Part shown: positions 38,636-51,410 of the stretch, piece by piece | How the letters are laid out: the number at the start of each line of letters is the position of its first letter | Position numbering within the stretch: the first letter of the stretch is position 1 | Assembly (NCBI RefSeq): GCF_001194135.2 | Contig: NC_068982.1 | Coordinates: 93,538,122-93,602,121 of the forward strand | DNA: 64,000 nucleotides | DNA from: Octopus bimaculoides | Taxonomy: Eukaryota | Direction: 5' to 3' | The notes under the pieces: model-generated | Seen by the model: only the letters and a program-made list of their open reading frames with translations | The model's database searches: none | What the model was told of the DNA's origin: nothing | Position numbers and translations under genes: made by a program

Positions 38636-39110
38636 GCTTTCGGTGTGAATAGTTTTGTTATACAGCGCCGTATTTTACAATCCTGTAAATAATAATAATG
38701 GTATTTTTCATATAAGTTTAAAGCTTATGGCAATCAAAGTGCAATAGCTAAGGAGAATGGTCTTCTGATGGGGCATATAAGCCCTGGACAGAAAAAGAAG
38801 GCTTCTGTCGAGGGCTTATATGCCCCATTATTAGACTACTTTCCCCAGTCATTGCATGGTGATCGCCATAAGCTTTAGGCTCATATACAAATACCATTAT
38901 TATTAAATTACAGGATTGTAAAATACGGTGCCATATAACAAAACCTTTTGCACCGAAAGCTTATATAGAAAGTTTGTTTACATAAAAACAAATATGAACT
39001 AATAGAGTTCTCAAAGCCTTCTTATCTCTGTTGAGGGCTTATATGTCCTGTTATAAGACTATCACCTTTAGTCATTGCACGGTGATTGCAATAACCTTTA
39101 AGATACCATT
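38636..39110. repeat. Fold-back element: about 158-bp inverted arms (38636-38793 / 38803-38960) plus a partial third copy (about 39020-39110)
   Basis: GCTTTCGGTG...GGGGCATATAAGCCCTGGACAGAA, 9-nt spacer, TTCTGTCGAGGGCTTATATGCCCC...CACCGAAAGC; between TA-rich tracts. Confidence 0.85.
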
Positions 39111-40022
39111 TTTACTATATATATATATATAAATACATATATGTAAGTATGCATATAAACATACGTATATGCATGTGCATATATATATGTATACATATAT
39201 ATACACACAAATATAAATATATATATTTGTATATATATGAATATATATAAATATATGTATATGTATGCATATACACATATATGTATGGATAAATGTATAT
39301 ATATGCTTATATATACATATATATGTATGCATATATATACATGTATGCTTATATATACATATATATATGTATGCATATATATTTGTATATGCAAGCATAT
39401 ATATACGTATATATATGTATATACATGCATATATATACATATATATGTATGCATATATATACACACATATATATATATATGTATATGTATACATATATAT
39501 ATATATATATGGATAGATATATATGCATATATATATATATATATANNNNNNNNNNNNNNNNNNNNNNNNNNNNNNNNNNNNNNNNNNNNNNNNNNNNNNN
39601 NNNNNNNNNNNNNNNNNNNNNNNNNNNNNNNNNNNNNNNNNNNNNAGGGATCATATATGTATGGGAGAATTTGTATATACATATGTGTATCTATGTATGT
39701 AGGTGTGGGTGGGTATATATATGTGTCTGCCCTCCTCACATATGGTAACAGTGACTGTTGACTCTTTTGGTTTGCATGTTCAGCCATCTATGTATGTGCA
39801 TCTGAACACATATATAGGTACTCGTGTTTATGTTTTTGTATTCATGTATATCTGTATATGGTAATGTATACATGCATATGCATGTATTATATATGAGTTT
39901 TTATGATTCTTTATGTTTTTTTATATGCTTTTTGTATGTTTTTTTTATATGCCTTTATATTTTTATATTTTTATTTTTATATTTGTATTTGAATTTTACA
40001 AAATTCAATTCATGAATTTTGT

Positions 40023-40158
40023 AAATCTCTTAAGAGGCCTAGTGAATCATGCATGTACCCCCGTTGCATCATTTTCATCTACTAATTGTTCCAGCGTACT
40101 GGAGCTATATAAATAGAATGGGGCATGCCAACGCTAGGCTGAAACAGCTGTAAGATTT
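40023..40158 (+). ncRNA. Type I hammerhead motif with a long stem II insert and a damaged core
   Basis: AAATCT / CTTAAGA (G5 to T) / GGCCTAG...91 nt...CTAGGCT / GAAA / palindrome ACAGCTGT / GUA / AGATTT. Confidence 0.65.
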
Positions 40159-40454
40159 TGTCCCTTCTCCGATTGCTAGATGTCCTTTAAATTTGTAATC
40201 TTAATTGTTGATATGACATAGTATGTCATAAGTGTCTGTATATTGTCTTTATTGTCATTTTGGTTATAAAATAAACAGATTAATCAACAGAGTACAGTGT
40301 CAGCAAGTTGATGAGTACCTCATATTCCCCTCCATTTTCTTATTGCTATATATATATATATATATATATATAGTCTTTTATTCTTTTATCTGTTTCAGTC
40401 ATTTGACAGCGGCCATGTTGACGCACCGCCTTTAGTAGAGCAAATCGACCCCAG

Positions 40455-41430
40455 GTTCTGGGATTGTAATTCCCTGTGGACCAGTGTACCCTGTAAGTTT
40501 CATATTCAGTTTTTGACGCTGGTAGGGCTTGGAATTTTTGCGCGTTGAACTGCATATTATTATCCTCAGCCCATCTGTAAATTGAGTCCAACTCCTGTTG
40601 CAGATGTGCAACATCGCTGGAGTTCTGTATTTTCTACGAGACTTTCGTATCGTCTGCGTAGCTAGCAAGGGTGGCTATCCGGGCAGTTGAGGGCATATCT
40701 GAGAGGACCACTATGAAAAGCAGTGGTCCCAAGATTGCCCTGTAGAACACCACTCAGTATTTGCGTTTTCATAAAGGTGGCTCCATTGGCCACTACTGTC
40801 TGACTTCTATCTTTCAGAAAGTTTTCCAGCTATGTCGAGATCACGCTGTTTGTGGCATATCATACCATGATCCACTTTGTGAAAAGTTTTTGCAAAATTA
40901 AGGTATATTACGTCCACATTTGAGTTGTTGAATAACTGCCTCAATACCCAGTCAAAATGTTGTAAGTGCTTGTTTAGGCAGCTCCTACCTGGTCGAAAGC
41001 TATGCTGGGTATTACTCATCAAGTTATTATCTTCAAGGAGTGTGATTAGTTTCCCTCTGACTATCCGTTCCATGACTTTGCTCATGTGTGAAGTCAGAGA
41101 GATAGGCTTATAGTTTTTGGCATCTGCTCTGCTCCCCCCTTTATGGATTGGGCATATTATTCCCTCCTTCAGCTTGCTTGGCAGTCTGCCATTTGCAAGA
41201 AAGCTCTGTAAGAGAATCTGGAAGGGTTTTGCCAGGGCATGCTTACACGATTTGAGGAGGATTGCTGGGAAACCATCAGGACCAGCAGATGTCTTTGTGT
41301 CCACTTCATCTATAGCTAGTAGTACATCTTCTTCGCTAATGTCGATGTATTCCATCGTAACTGCCTCATTCACTTGTCTGTGTTCCAAAGGGGTGGTGAA
41401 AACACTTTTGAACTTGTCATTCAGTACCTG
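40455..41430 (-). pseudogene. CR1/Jockey-group LINE reverse transcriptase fragment
   Basis: SAGPDGFP..ICPIHKGGSRADAKNYKPISLTSHMSKVMERIV..QHSFRPGRSC..VDVIYLNFAKTFHKVDH; VLGPLLF; YADD at 40660-40649; NMQFNAQKFQ. Confidence 0.9.
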
Positions 41431-41496
41431 ACATATATACATATACATATACATCTACATATACATATAGATACATATATATATATATATAGACAA

Positions 41497-41578
<82 letters not shown>

Positions 41579-41693
41579 GTACGTATGTATATACACACAT
41601 ACATTTATATATATATACATACATTTATAGATATATGTATACGTTCGTATATATACATATACATTTATTTATATATATATATACATTTATTTT

Positions 41694-43179
41694 AATATAT
41701 AAAGCTGAAGTTGTGTGTCTGTGTGTAGCCTTTTTAAAAGTTTATAGAAATCCACATTTTCCAATTTTCCGTAAAAATTTTTACATCAATGGAATTTTCT
41801 CGATGTGAACTTTCCAGTGCAGTAATTAGATTTTTAAAATTCCGTTTACTTTGTGTGATTTCAGGGAGATTTGGCTTTTGTTTCTAGCAACTTTTATATT
41901 TCTTCCATTCTATCTGTAACGGCGTTCTTACACATCAATCACGCGCTCAACATATAATATAGAGAGAAAGAGTAAAAGAGGGAGAGAGAGAAAGAGTAAA
42001 AGAGGGAGAGAGAGAAAGAAAGTGATACATACAAAGTCATAGATTAACTTGGTTTAAAACTATTTTTTCCTTCTATCTACCTTTTCACTCTTACTTCGTT
42101 CTTCTTCCTCTCTCCCATTTAATAGCTTTCTTCTATCCCTCTATTTCTAACTATCCACGTGACCTGGTCATCTGGGGCTTATCGCTATTTCCTACACACG
42201 CCAGCATCACTGTTCTTTCTTCCAAGGAATCTGGGGCTCTTAGCTTCCTTTTGCCGAAGTTGCAATGCTAATTTGTAACTAGATTGAATAAGGAATACCC
42301 CATTTCACTCGTTCATGTTTTCGTTACATTGTCTGTCTGCATGTTCAGTATTTTTTACATATTTTTCATAACATAGAAACGTAAAAACACGCACAACCAC
42401 ACATATGTGATCTGTGACAACATACATATAAATACATACACACATCAACATTATAGATACAAGATTTAGTGTGTGTATGTTTCTTATATAAACACGCGCA
42501 CGCATTGCTATTTTATAACTGTCTTCCGTTCTCCCTTCCTCTCTCTTAATTGCTCCCATTCTCTATTCCTTTCTCTCCCCTCCCCTCTCTCTCTTCCTCT
42601 CTCCCTCTTCTCTCTCTCTCTCTCCCTCTTCTCTCTCGCTCTCTCAAACGCACACACGCGCACGTACACACAAGCATTCACTACAATATAACTAGATCTT
42701 ACCTTACTACATGTTTGTCAATGTTTTGTAAATATACAAACTACGGAGCTTATGTAGACAGGACGATACATTGCAAATCAGTGAACTTCATTAGAAATGT
42801 GAAAACTACCCACCGTGCCATCTGTTATAATTTTTGCTGTTCTGTTTAATATATACATAGATTATGCCTCCAAAGAAGAGAGTTTGCTGGGGAAAGAAAG
42901 CAACTGGTTTAAAAAGACTGCAACAGACTGCAGCAATTCACCACATTCCAGAAGCTACTTTGAACATAATGCAAAATGGTGAATCAACATCTACTGCCCA
43001 ATCTGATACAATTCTGGCAGAACTGTGTAGTAACAGATCGCCAGCAATTGCTTCATCAGAAATTGCCATCCTAGCTCCTGCAAAAAGGGATTACCCTGCC
43101 ATGTATAATCAGGGCAGCGCAAAAAGTTGTTTTGCACAAGCATTTGTACAGCCAATTGGACGGATAAAATTTACGTATG
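41694..43179 (+). mobile_element. Possible Helitron 5' portion (5' end plus start of ORF), cut off by a gap
   Basis: TAATATATAAAGCTGAAGTTGTGTGTCTG resembles recalled Helitron 5' termini; ORF at 42864 begins MPPKKR and stays open for about 105 codons until the gap. No Rep or helicase motif is visible. Confidence 0.35.
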
Positions 43180-43991
43180 NNNNNNNNNNNNNNNNNNNNN
43201 NNNNNNNNNNNNNNNNNNNNNNNNNNNNNNNNNNNNNNNNNNNNNNNNNNNNNNNNNNNNNNNNNNNNNNNNNNNNNNNNNNNNNNNNNNNNNNNNNNNN
43301 NNNNNNNNNNNNNNNNNNNNNNNNNNNNNNNNNNNNNNNNNNNNNNNNNNNNNNNNNNNNNNNNNNNNNNNNNNNNNNNNNNNNNNNNNNNNNNNNNNNN
43401 NNNNNNNNNNNNNNNNNNNNNNNNNNNNNNNNNNNNNNNNNNNNNNNNNNNNNNNNNNNNNNNNNNNNNNNNNNNNNNNNNNNNNNNNNNNNNNNNNNNN
43501 NNNNNNNNNNNNNNNNNNNNNNNNNNNNNNNNNNNNNNNNNNNNNNNNNNNNNNNNNNNNNNNNNNNNNNNNNNNNNNNNNNNNNNNNNNNNNNNNNNNN
43601 NNNNNNNNNNNNNNNNNNNNNNNNNNNNNNNNNNNNNNNNNNNNNNNNNNNNNNNNNNNNNNNNNNNNNNNNNNNNNNNNNNNNNNNNNNNNNNNNNNNN
43701 NNNNNNNNNNNNNNNNNNNNNNNNNNNNNNNNNNNNNNNNNNNNNNNNNNNNNNNNNNNNNNNNNNNNNNNNNNNNNNNNNNNNNNNNNNNNNNNNNNNN
43801 NNNNNNNNNNNNNNNNNNNNNNNNNNNNNNNNNNNNNNNNNNNNNNNNNNNNNNNNNNNNNNNNNNNNNNNNNNNNNNNNNNNNNNNNNNNNNNNNNNNN
43901 NNNNNNNNNNNNNNNNNNNNNNNNNNNNNNNNNNNNNNNNNNNNNNNNNNNNNNNNNNNNNNNNNNNNNNNNNNNNNNNNNNNNNNNNNNN

Positions 43992-44068
<77 letters not shown>

Positions 44069-47000
44069 TACATTTATACATGTATATATACATTTATATA
44101 TACATATACATTTATATATATATAAATATATATATACATTTATATACATATATATACACATTTATATGTATATATATTCATATATATATACATATATATT
44201 TATATATATATATTATATATATTTATACATCTTCATATATACATATATGCACACACATGTATGTGTGTATGCACATGTATATATACTATATATATATGTG
44301 CGTGTGTATGTGTATGTGTACGTGTATGTGGGTGTGTGTATGTATATGTATATATTTGTGTGTCTATTAATGTATATATATATATATGTACATGTCTATA
44401 TGTATATTCGGTTATATATAGTAATCCGAGTATGTTTGTATAGTCATAAGTTAGGACATACATATGAGTATATAAATATGTGCTCATACCTGTACAGGTA
44501 TATAAGATAAAATAGATAGGATTCAATAGATTCGTTGTAGATATCTTCACACATAAAATAAAAAATAAAAGATGAATATACACATGTATAGATATATGAA
44601 GTTCAAGATGTAGATTTGGACTGGGTTGGCTATGTATATATATACTGGAGTTAACGCGTTAATATAGGTCTAGAAATACATATCTGATTAGTACTCTAAT
44701 TGGAGTATTTGTGGATCTATGGATATACTTACGTTGTCATGTAAGTGAACATATACATGTAATTATGCGTGTGTATGCATATGTGAGGAGTTTTAATGTA
44801 TAGGTAAAGACAAGTATGGTTGTTCATATAAAATGTTATACACACATAAATCATTGTGTTAATATATATCTGATTATAATTAGTATTAGAACACTTGGAA
44901 ATCAGTAGATATACTTTGGAATCATACCTTTTTCTTTTATATATATATATATATATATACATATATATATNNNNNNNNNNNNNNNNNNNNNNNNNNNNNN
45001 NNNNNNNNNNNNNNNNNNNNNNNNNNNNNNNNNNNNNNNNNNNNNNNNNNNNNNNNNNNNNNNNNNNNNNNNNNNNNNNNNNNNNNNNNNNNNNNNNNNN
45101 NNNNNNNNNNNNNNNNNNNNNNNNNNNNNNNNNNNNNNNNNNNNNNNNNNNNNNNNNNNNNNNNNNNNNNNNNNNNNNNNNNNNNNNNNNNNNNNNNNNN
45201 NNNNNNNNNNNNNNNNNNNNNNNNNNNNNNNNNNNNNNNNNNNNNNNNNNNNNNNNNNNNNNNNNNNNNNNNNNNNNNNNNNNNNNNNNNNNNNNNNNNN
45301 NNNNNNNNNNNNNNNNNNNNNNNNNNNNNNNNNNNNNNNNNNNNNNNNNNNNNNNNNNNNNNNNNNNNNNNNNNNNNNNNNNNNNNNNNNNNNNNNNNNN
45401 NNNNNNNNNNNNNNNNNNNNNNNNNNNNNNNNNNNNNNNNNNNNNNNNNNNNNNNNNNNNNNNNNNNNNNNNNNNNNNNNNNNNNNNNNNNNNNNNNNNN
45501 NNNNNNNNNNNNNNNNNNNNNNNNNNNNNNNNNNNNNNNNNNNNNNNNNNNNNNNNNNNNNNNNNNNNNNNNNNNNNNNNNNNNNNNNNNNNNNNNNNNN
45601 NNNNNNNNNNNNNNNNNNNNNNNNNNNNNNNNNNNNNNNNNNNNNNNNNNNNNNNNNNNNNNNNNNNNNNNNNNNNNNNNNNNNNNNNNNNNNNNNNNNN
45701 NNNNNNNNNNNNNNNNNNNNNNNNNNNNNNNNNNNNNNNNNNNNNNNNNNNNNNNNNNNNNNNNNNNNNNNNNNNNNNNNNNNNNNNNNNNNNNNNNNNN
45801 NNNNNNNNNNNNNNNNNNNNNNNNNNNNNNNNNNNNNNNNNNNNNNNNNNNNNNNNNNNNNNNNNNNNNNNNNNNNNNNNNNNNNNNNNNNNNNNNNNNN
45901 NNNNNNNNNAGTTACAAGTGATGCTATCTGTGGGATTCTCAGCTTTTTTAGCTGCTATTTCTGAACTTCGGTATATGGTGAAGCAAATATTTGCTGATCC
46001 CTTAATTATATTTATAAATATATATGAGCTTTTAAATAAGTTCTCCACCAATAATGGTGCTTTCATACCGATGGGCTTGGTAAAAATTATTAATTGTTAA
46101 TTGGTTTATTAATTAATAAATTGATAATCCTTTACCCTTTTAATTTGTATATATATATATATATATATGCATACCTATAATTTATTTAATCTAAATTATA
46201 TTAGAAAGGGTTGGAACAAGAGTATGAACAGATATAGAAACCAACACCCCACCATTATGCTATACAAATGCTATATTTTCCCACACTCATAATGATGATA
46301 ATAATAAAATATACATAAACATGGTTTAAACAATGGCATTGATAACCCCTCTATTAATATACCTTAAACAAATACACATAGATTAGCTCATCTTTAGTAA
46401 TAAAACTAAATAATTAAATTAAAACCCACAAATATGCAATGTAATAACATTATTTAGTACTATCCCCAAGACTGAATCATAATTTTATTTGTGCATATAT
46501 ATATGTGTGCGTATGTATACTTGTGTATGTGCGTATATTTCTAGGAATGAAAGCATTAATATACAACCCCAATACACAACCAATTGATTGATTAATTATT
46601 AAATTCATTTATTGAATAATCAATCAATTGATTGATTAGCTAATTGGTTGATTAGTTTAACTATCTGATAGTTTAAGCATTTTATTATTTAATTTCTAGC
46701 AGTGAATCAAAGAGTTATTCCCCTTCAACTAACCAAAATATAAAAAACATCATGAAAAAACTGGCGCAACATAAACATCCTACCATTAGCTCCTCCCTGC
46801 CGCCACTCAAATAAAACACTAAAATTAAATAACTAAATAAATAGATGTTCTGAATGACTGATTAGATGATTAATTGAACAACCCAACACTATTGCATAGC
46901 ACCTTGCACTTAATGTATTGTATCTGATGCAATATAATGTAAACATATTTTTAACGATGAATAATAACAACTTGGAAAAATAACTTCTTTGGTCCCTTCT

Positions 47001-47089
47001 AATCGCTTATTAAAACTTGGTACTTATAATTTCCGACATAGAATTTCCTCTTGTATTGCCCATATATTTTGGTAAATGCACATTTAATC

Positions 47090-47447
47090 CCCCTAATTAG
47101 ACGGATACACGTATAACCCTAATCCTAAAACCGTAACCCTGACCCTAATTCTAAAACCCGAACCCTGACCCTAAAACCCTAAAGCTAAAACCAGTACAAA
47201 CGCAAGAACGATGTCATAAATAACAGTACCGCCGATAGTTGTTGTTGACAAACAACGGCACTAATTTTGTTCAAGGGAAAAGATCCCATTACACCACCAC
47301 AACGTGTTGTTCACAAACCACAGCAGTAATTGTTTTCACCTCAATAGACGTCAGTGATTGGTTGAAATTACCGAAATACGGCAACTTTTAACATGAAATA
47401 ACTTCGAATATAAAAATTTTTCTCTGTTCTATAAGACAAAATATACC
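47090..47447 (-). repeat. Unclassified repeat containing degenerate telomere-like (TAACCC) units
   Basis: AACCCT/GACCCT/AAACCC units at 47113-47192; distal about 150 bp matches 30291-30430. Confidence 0.65.
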
Positions 47448-47775
47448 ACATGGTTCCGGGTTCATTCCCACTGCGTGGCATCTTGGGCAAGTGTCTTCTA
47501 CTATAGCCTCGGGCCGACCAAAGCCTTGTGAGTGGATTTGGTAGACGGAAACTGAAAGAAGCCTGTCGTATATATGTATATATGTTTGTGTCTGTGTTTG
47601 TCCCCCAACATCGCTTGTCCCCCAACATCGTCCCCGTAACTTAGCGGTTCGGCAAAAGAGACTGATAGAATAAGTACTAGGCTTCCGAAGAATAAGTCCT
47701 GGGGTCGATTTGCTCGACTAAAGGCGGTGCTCCAGCATGGCCGCAGTCAAATGACTGAAATAAGTAAAAGAGAAA
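47448..47775 (+). mobile_element. 5'-truncated tRNA-derived SINE, same family as 58307-58701
   Basis: CACATGGTTCCGGGTTCATTCCCACTGCGTGGCA...GGCGGTGCTCCAGCATGGCCGCAGTCAAATGACTGAAA. Confidence 0.85.
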
Positions 47776-47849
47776 AGTATACAAAGTTTTAAAGTGTTTC
47801 GGTAGTAAACNNNNNNNNNNNNNNNNNNNNNNNNNNNNNNNNNNNNNNN

Positions 47850-47887
<38 letters not shown>

Positions 47888-47907
47888 CAAACAAATATAT
47901 ATACACA

Positions 47908-49322
47908 CACAGACACGACAGAAGTAAATAGACACCTCATAAAACATTGTTTTATCATTATTTTAAATTAGAAAGGTTTATATTTTTTTTTATTGACATT
48001 TTTGTTTCAGGTTCTATATGTAACTGTTTAATCATGCCATATACAAAAGAAACCTTGGAACTGTCTGAATTTCAAAGAGGCAGTATTGTGGGTCAATCTG
48101 AATGTGAACTTAGCATAAAATCGCAGAAAACCTTGGGATCCCACTTTCTACAGTTAATAGAATGATTGTACAATTCACTGGAGAGGGGAAGGAATACACA
48201 TCATCTCACCTAGGTCGACCAGGGTCCTCTGACAGGTCCCTTCACTTTGTTAAGTGAAGTGTGGAGGATAATCCTTGTTACAAGGCCTCTAACATAGCAG
48301 AACAAGTTGATGTCAGTTCCAGAACAGCTGCCAGGTATCTCCACAAACTTGGCTACTATGGCAGAGCAGCAAGAAGGAAGCCACTTCTTTGACCAGCAAA
48401 TATCAAGTAGAGAAAAGATTGGGCCAGTGAGATGGTAGAGAGGCCACTAGCAATTTGGGACACTGTCATATTCTCTCATGAGTCCATCATCATCATCATC
48501 ATCATCGTTTAACGTCCGCTTTCCATGCTAGCATGGGTTGGACGATTTGACTGAGGACTGGTGAAACCGGATGGCAACACCAGGCTCCAATCTAATTTGG
48601 CAGAGTTTCTACAGCTGGATGCGCTTCCTAACGCCAACCACTCAGAGAGTTGGGTGCTGTATTTTGTAACAGTGGTCGAGTGTGCATCTGGAGACTCTGT
48701 GATCAAGAATTTGATGTGAAAAGATTGTAGCCAACAATGAAACATGGTGGCTATGCTGTGATGGTCTGGGGAGCAATTTGGAACAATAGTCGATCAGAGA
48801 TGGTGGAGAGTGTGGAAAGGGAGAGAAACAAACTCAGATAAACATATCCATATTGCAGAAAGGACTCCTTCCAATCTTCTCCAGGGGTGAAATGATTAAA
48901 GATCACTATTTATAGAAGATAGGGCTCCTTGTCACACAGCTAAAAAGACCTAAGATTGGTTGGAAGAGAATGGCATTAAAAAGCTTCCATGACCAAGTCA
49001 GTCACCAGATATAAACCCTATTGAACATCTCTAGGGCATAATGGGCAGGACACTTCATAAAGTGAACAAGAAAGCATCTACAAAGCCAGATCTTGTGAGA
49101 TTACTGCATTGAAGCTTGGCAAGAAATTCCTCAAGATAATATTCATCATTTGATCAGTAGCATGCCTAATAGGGTCCTTGCATTGAAAAATGCAAAGGGC
49201 ATGTTTACTAAATATTAGATATTCACATTATAGTAATTAATAAATAGCTTCAATGTATAATTTCAGGTTTAAATAAATTTTAACGATTATAAAGATGTCT
49301 ATTTACTTTTGTTATGTTTGTG
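47908..49322 (+). mobile_element. Full-length dead Tc1-family transposon (transposase pseudogene 48034-49218)
   Basis: 27-bp TIRs with 23/27 match (47908-47934 / 49296-49322), TA at 49323; ELSEFQRGSIVG, GRP, ARRKPLL, VIFSHES, KHGG..VMVWGAI, EDRAPCH, SPDINPIEHL; many stops. Confidence 0.88.
48485..48649 (-). mobile_element. Short RTE 3' tail inserted into the Tc1 transposase
   Basis: Near-perfect reverse complement of the RTE terminus 26635-26790; interrupts Tc1 right after the FSHES motif. Confidence 0.9.
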
Positions 49323-49769
49323 TACATGTGTATGTATCTTACTTTGTAACTTGACATGAAGTTATGACTAAATGAGCATCATCGCTATACAAGCAAGGTT
49401 GTTCATTTCTCATCTATAAAAAACATACCTGGCAAAGGGGCAAATATTACATTCCTTGGAAACAGGTGAGGGTTTGTGGCAGGAAGGACATCCAGTTGTA
49501 GAAAATTTGCCTCAGCAAATTCCATTTGACTCATGCAAACATGGAAAAGTGGATGTTGAAACAACCATGATCATGATCATGATCATCATCGTTTAACATC
49601 CGCTTTCCATGCTAGCATGGGTTGGACGATGATGATAATGACTATTTCTATAAAAAAGAGAATCTAGTATTTCATCATAATACTCTAAAAAAAAAAAAAT
49701 TTGTAACATATTGTCTTCTTCAATTGCTTGTTTCTATTTTTATTTTTCATTAGGTTGAATTTTAAAATG

Positions 49770-51410
49770 TATAGTCCATAAAGCTCAAGTGAGGAAACTA
49801 AGGATTGAAGAATGGTTAGTGAGAGCTGTGCCAGCCATGTACAGAGACGCTGTCAGTAAGGCGAGGTTTGGCAACGAGTACAGTGAAGAATTCCGGGTAG
49901 AGGTAGAGGTCCACCAAAGTTCAGTCCTCAGCCCCCTCCTATTTATCATAGTCCTCTAGGCGATAACAGAGGAATTCAAGGCAGGATGCCCCTGGGAGCT
50001 CCTCTGTGTTGATGACCTTGCACTAATTGCTGAGTCACTATTAGAACTAGAGAAATTTCAGGTGTGGAAGCAAGGACTAGAATCGAAGAGCCTTAGAGTC
50101 AACCTAACTAAAACCAAAGTCCTAATAAGTAGGAAGGTAGACAAAACACAAATTCCTTCAGATAGATGGCCCTGCTTGATCTGTAGAAAAGGCGTAGGTA
50201 GAAACCCTATAATATGTACTCAGTGCAAGCTATGGACACGAGAGGTGCAGCAATATCAAAGAAAGGTTAAGTAGGAAGTTAGCTTTTGCATGTGGCAGAT
50301 GTTCAGGAGCAATAAACACTGAAAATGTGCAGAAAACTTCTGCCACATTCCAAGGAGAAAAACTAGACATAGTTGATAGCTTCTGCTATCTAGGTGACCA
50401 AGTCAGTAGTAGAGGAGGGTGCACTGAGAGTGTAGCTGCTAGAATAAGAATAGCCTGGGCAAAGTTCAGAGAGCTCTTACCTCTGCTGGTTACAAAGGGC
50501 CTCTCACTCAGAGTAAAAGGCAGACTGTATGATGCATGTGTACGAACAGCCATGCTACATGGCAGTGAAACATGGACCATGACTGCTGAGGACATGCGTA
50601 AGCTCGCAAGGAATGAAACCAGTATGCTCCGATGGATGTGTAATATAAGTGTGCATACTTGACAGAGTGTAAGTACCTTGAGAGAAAAGTTGAACCTAAG
50701 AAGCATCAGTTGTGGTGTGCAAGAGAGACGATTGTGCTGGTATGGTCATGTGGCGAGAATGGATGAGGATAGCTGTGTGAAAAAGTGCCACACCCTAGCA
50801 GTTGAGGGAACCTATGGAAGAGGTAGGCCCAGGAAGACCTGGGATGAGGTGGTGAGGCACGACCTTCAAACATTAGGCCTCACCGAGGCAATGACTTCTA
50901 ACCGAGACCTTTGGAAATATGCTGTNNNNNNNNNNNNNNNNNNNNNNNNNNNNNNNNNNNNNNNNNNNNNNNNNNNNNNGGCACCTGTACCAGTGGAACG
51001 CTAAGAGCACTGTTCGAGCATGATCGTTGCCAGAGCAACTGTCTGGCTTCCGTGCCAGTGGCACGTAAATAGCACCATTTGAGCATGATTGTTACCAGCG
51101 TCGCCTTCCTGGCACTTGAAAAGACATTCGAGCGAGATTGTTGCCAGTGCCGCTGAACTGGCTCCTGTGCAGGTGACACGTAAAATACACCATTTTTAGC
51201 GTGGCCATTGCCAGTACCGCCTGACTGGCCTTCATGCCAGTGGAACGTAAAAGCACCCACTACTCTCGGAGTGGTTGGCGTTAGGAAGGGCATCCAACTG
51301 TAGAAACTCTGCCAAATCAGATTGGAGCCTTTTGTAGCCATCTGGTTCAGTCCTCAGTCAAATCGTCCAACCCATGCTAGCATGGAAAGCGGACATTAAA
51401 CGATGATGAT
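49770..51410 (+). mobile_element. RTE LINE 3' half (RT domain to 3' UTR, frameshifted)
   Basis: EEWLVRAV..VHQSSVLSPLLF..GCPWELLCVDDL..VNLTKTKV..GRGRPRKTWDEVV; repeat-bearing 3' UTR and (GAT)n. Confidence 0.9.

Noticed and set aside
38760-38800. CTGATG-GGGC-ATATAA-GCCC as a seventh hammerhead
   Set aside because: Lacks A9 and the GAAA/stem III/NUH half; kept only as part of the fold-back finding.
42864-46100. Very long ORFs of 300-445 aa in the track (also 25669-26721, 36824-37380)
   Set aside because: Their length comes from runs of N translated as X; only the flanks are informative.
47113-47192. True telomere or interstitial telomere fusion
   Set aside because: Short, degenerate and embedded in a repeat whose end recurs at 30291-30430.
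50980-51260. CRISPR-like regular palindromic repeats
   Set aside because: Units are tandem and diverged with no unique spacers, lie in an RTE 3' UTR in eukaryotic DNA, and no cas genes are present.
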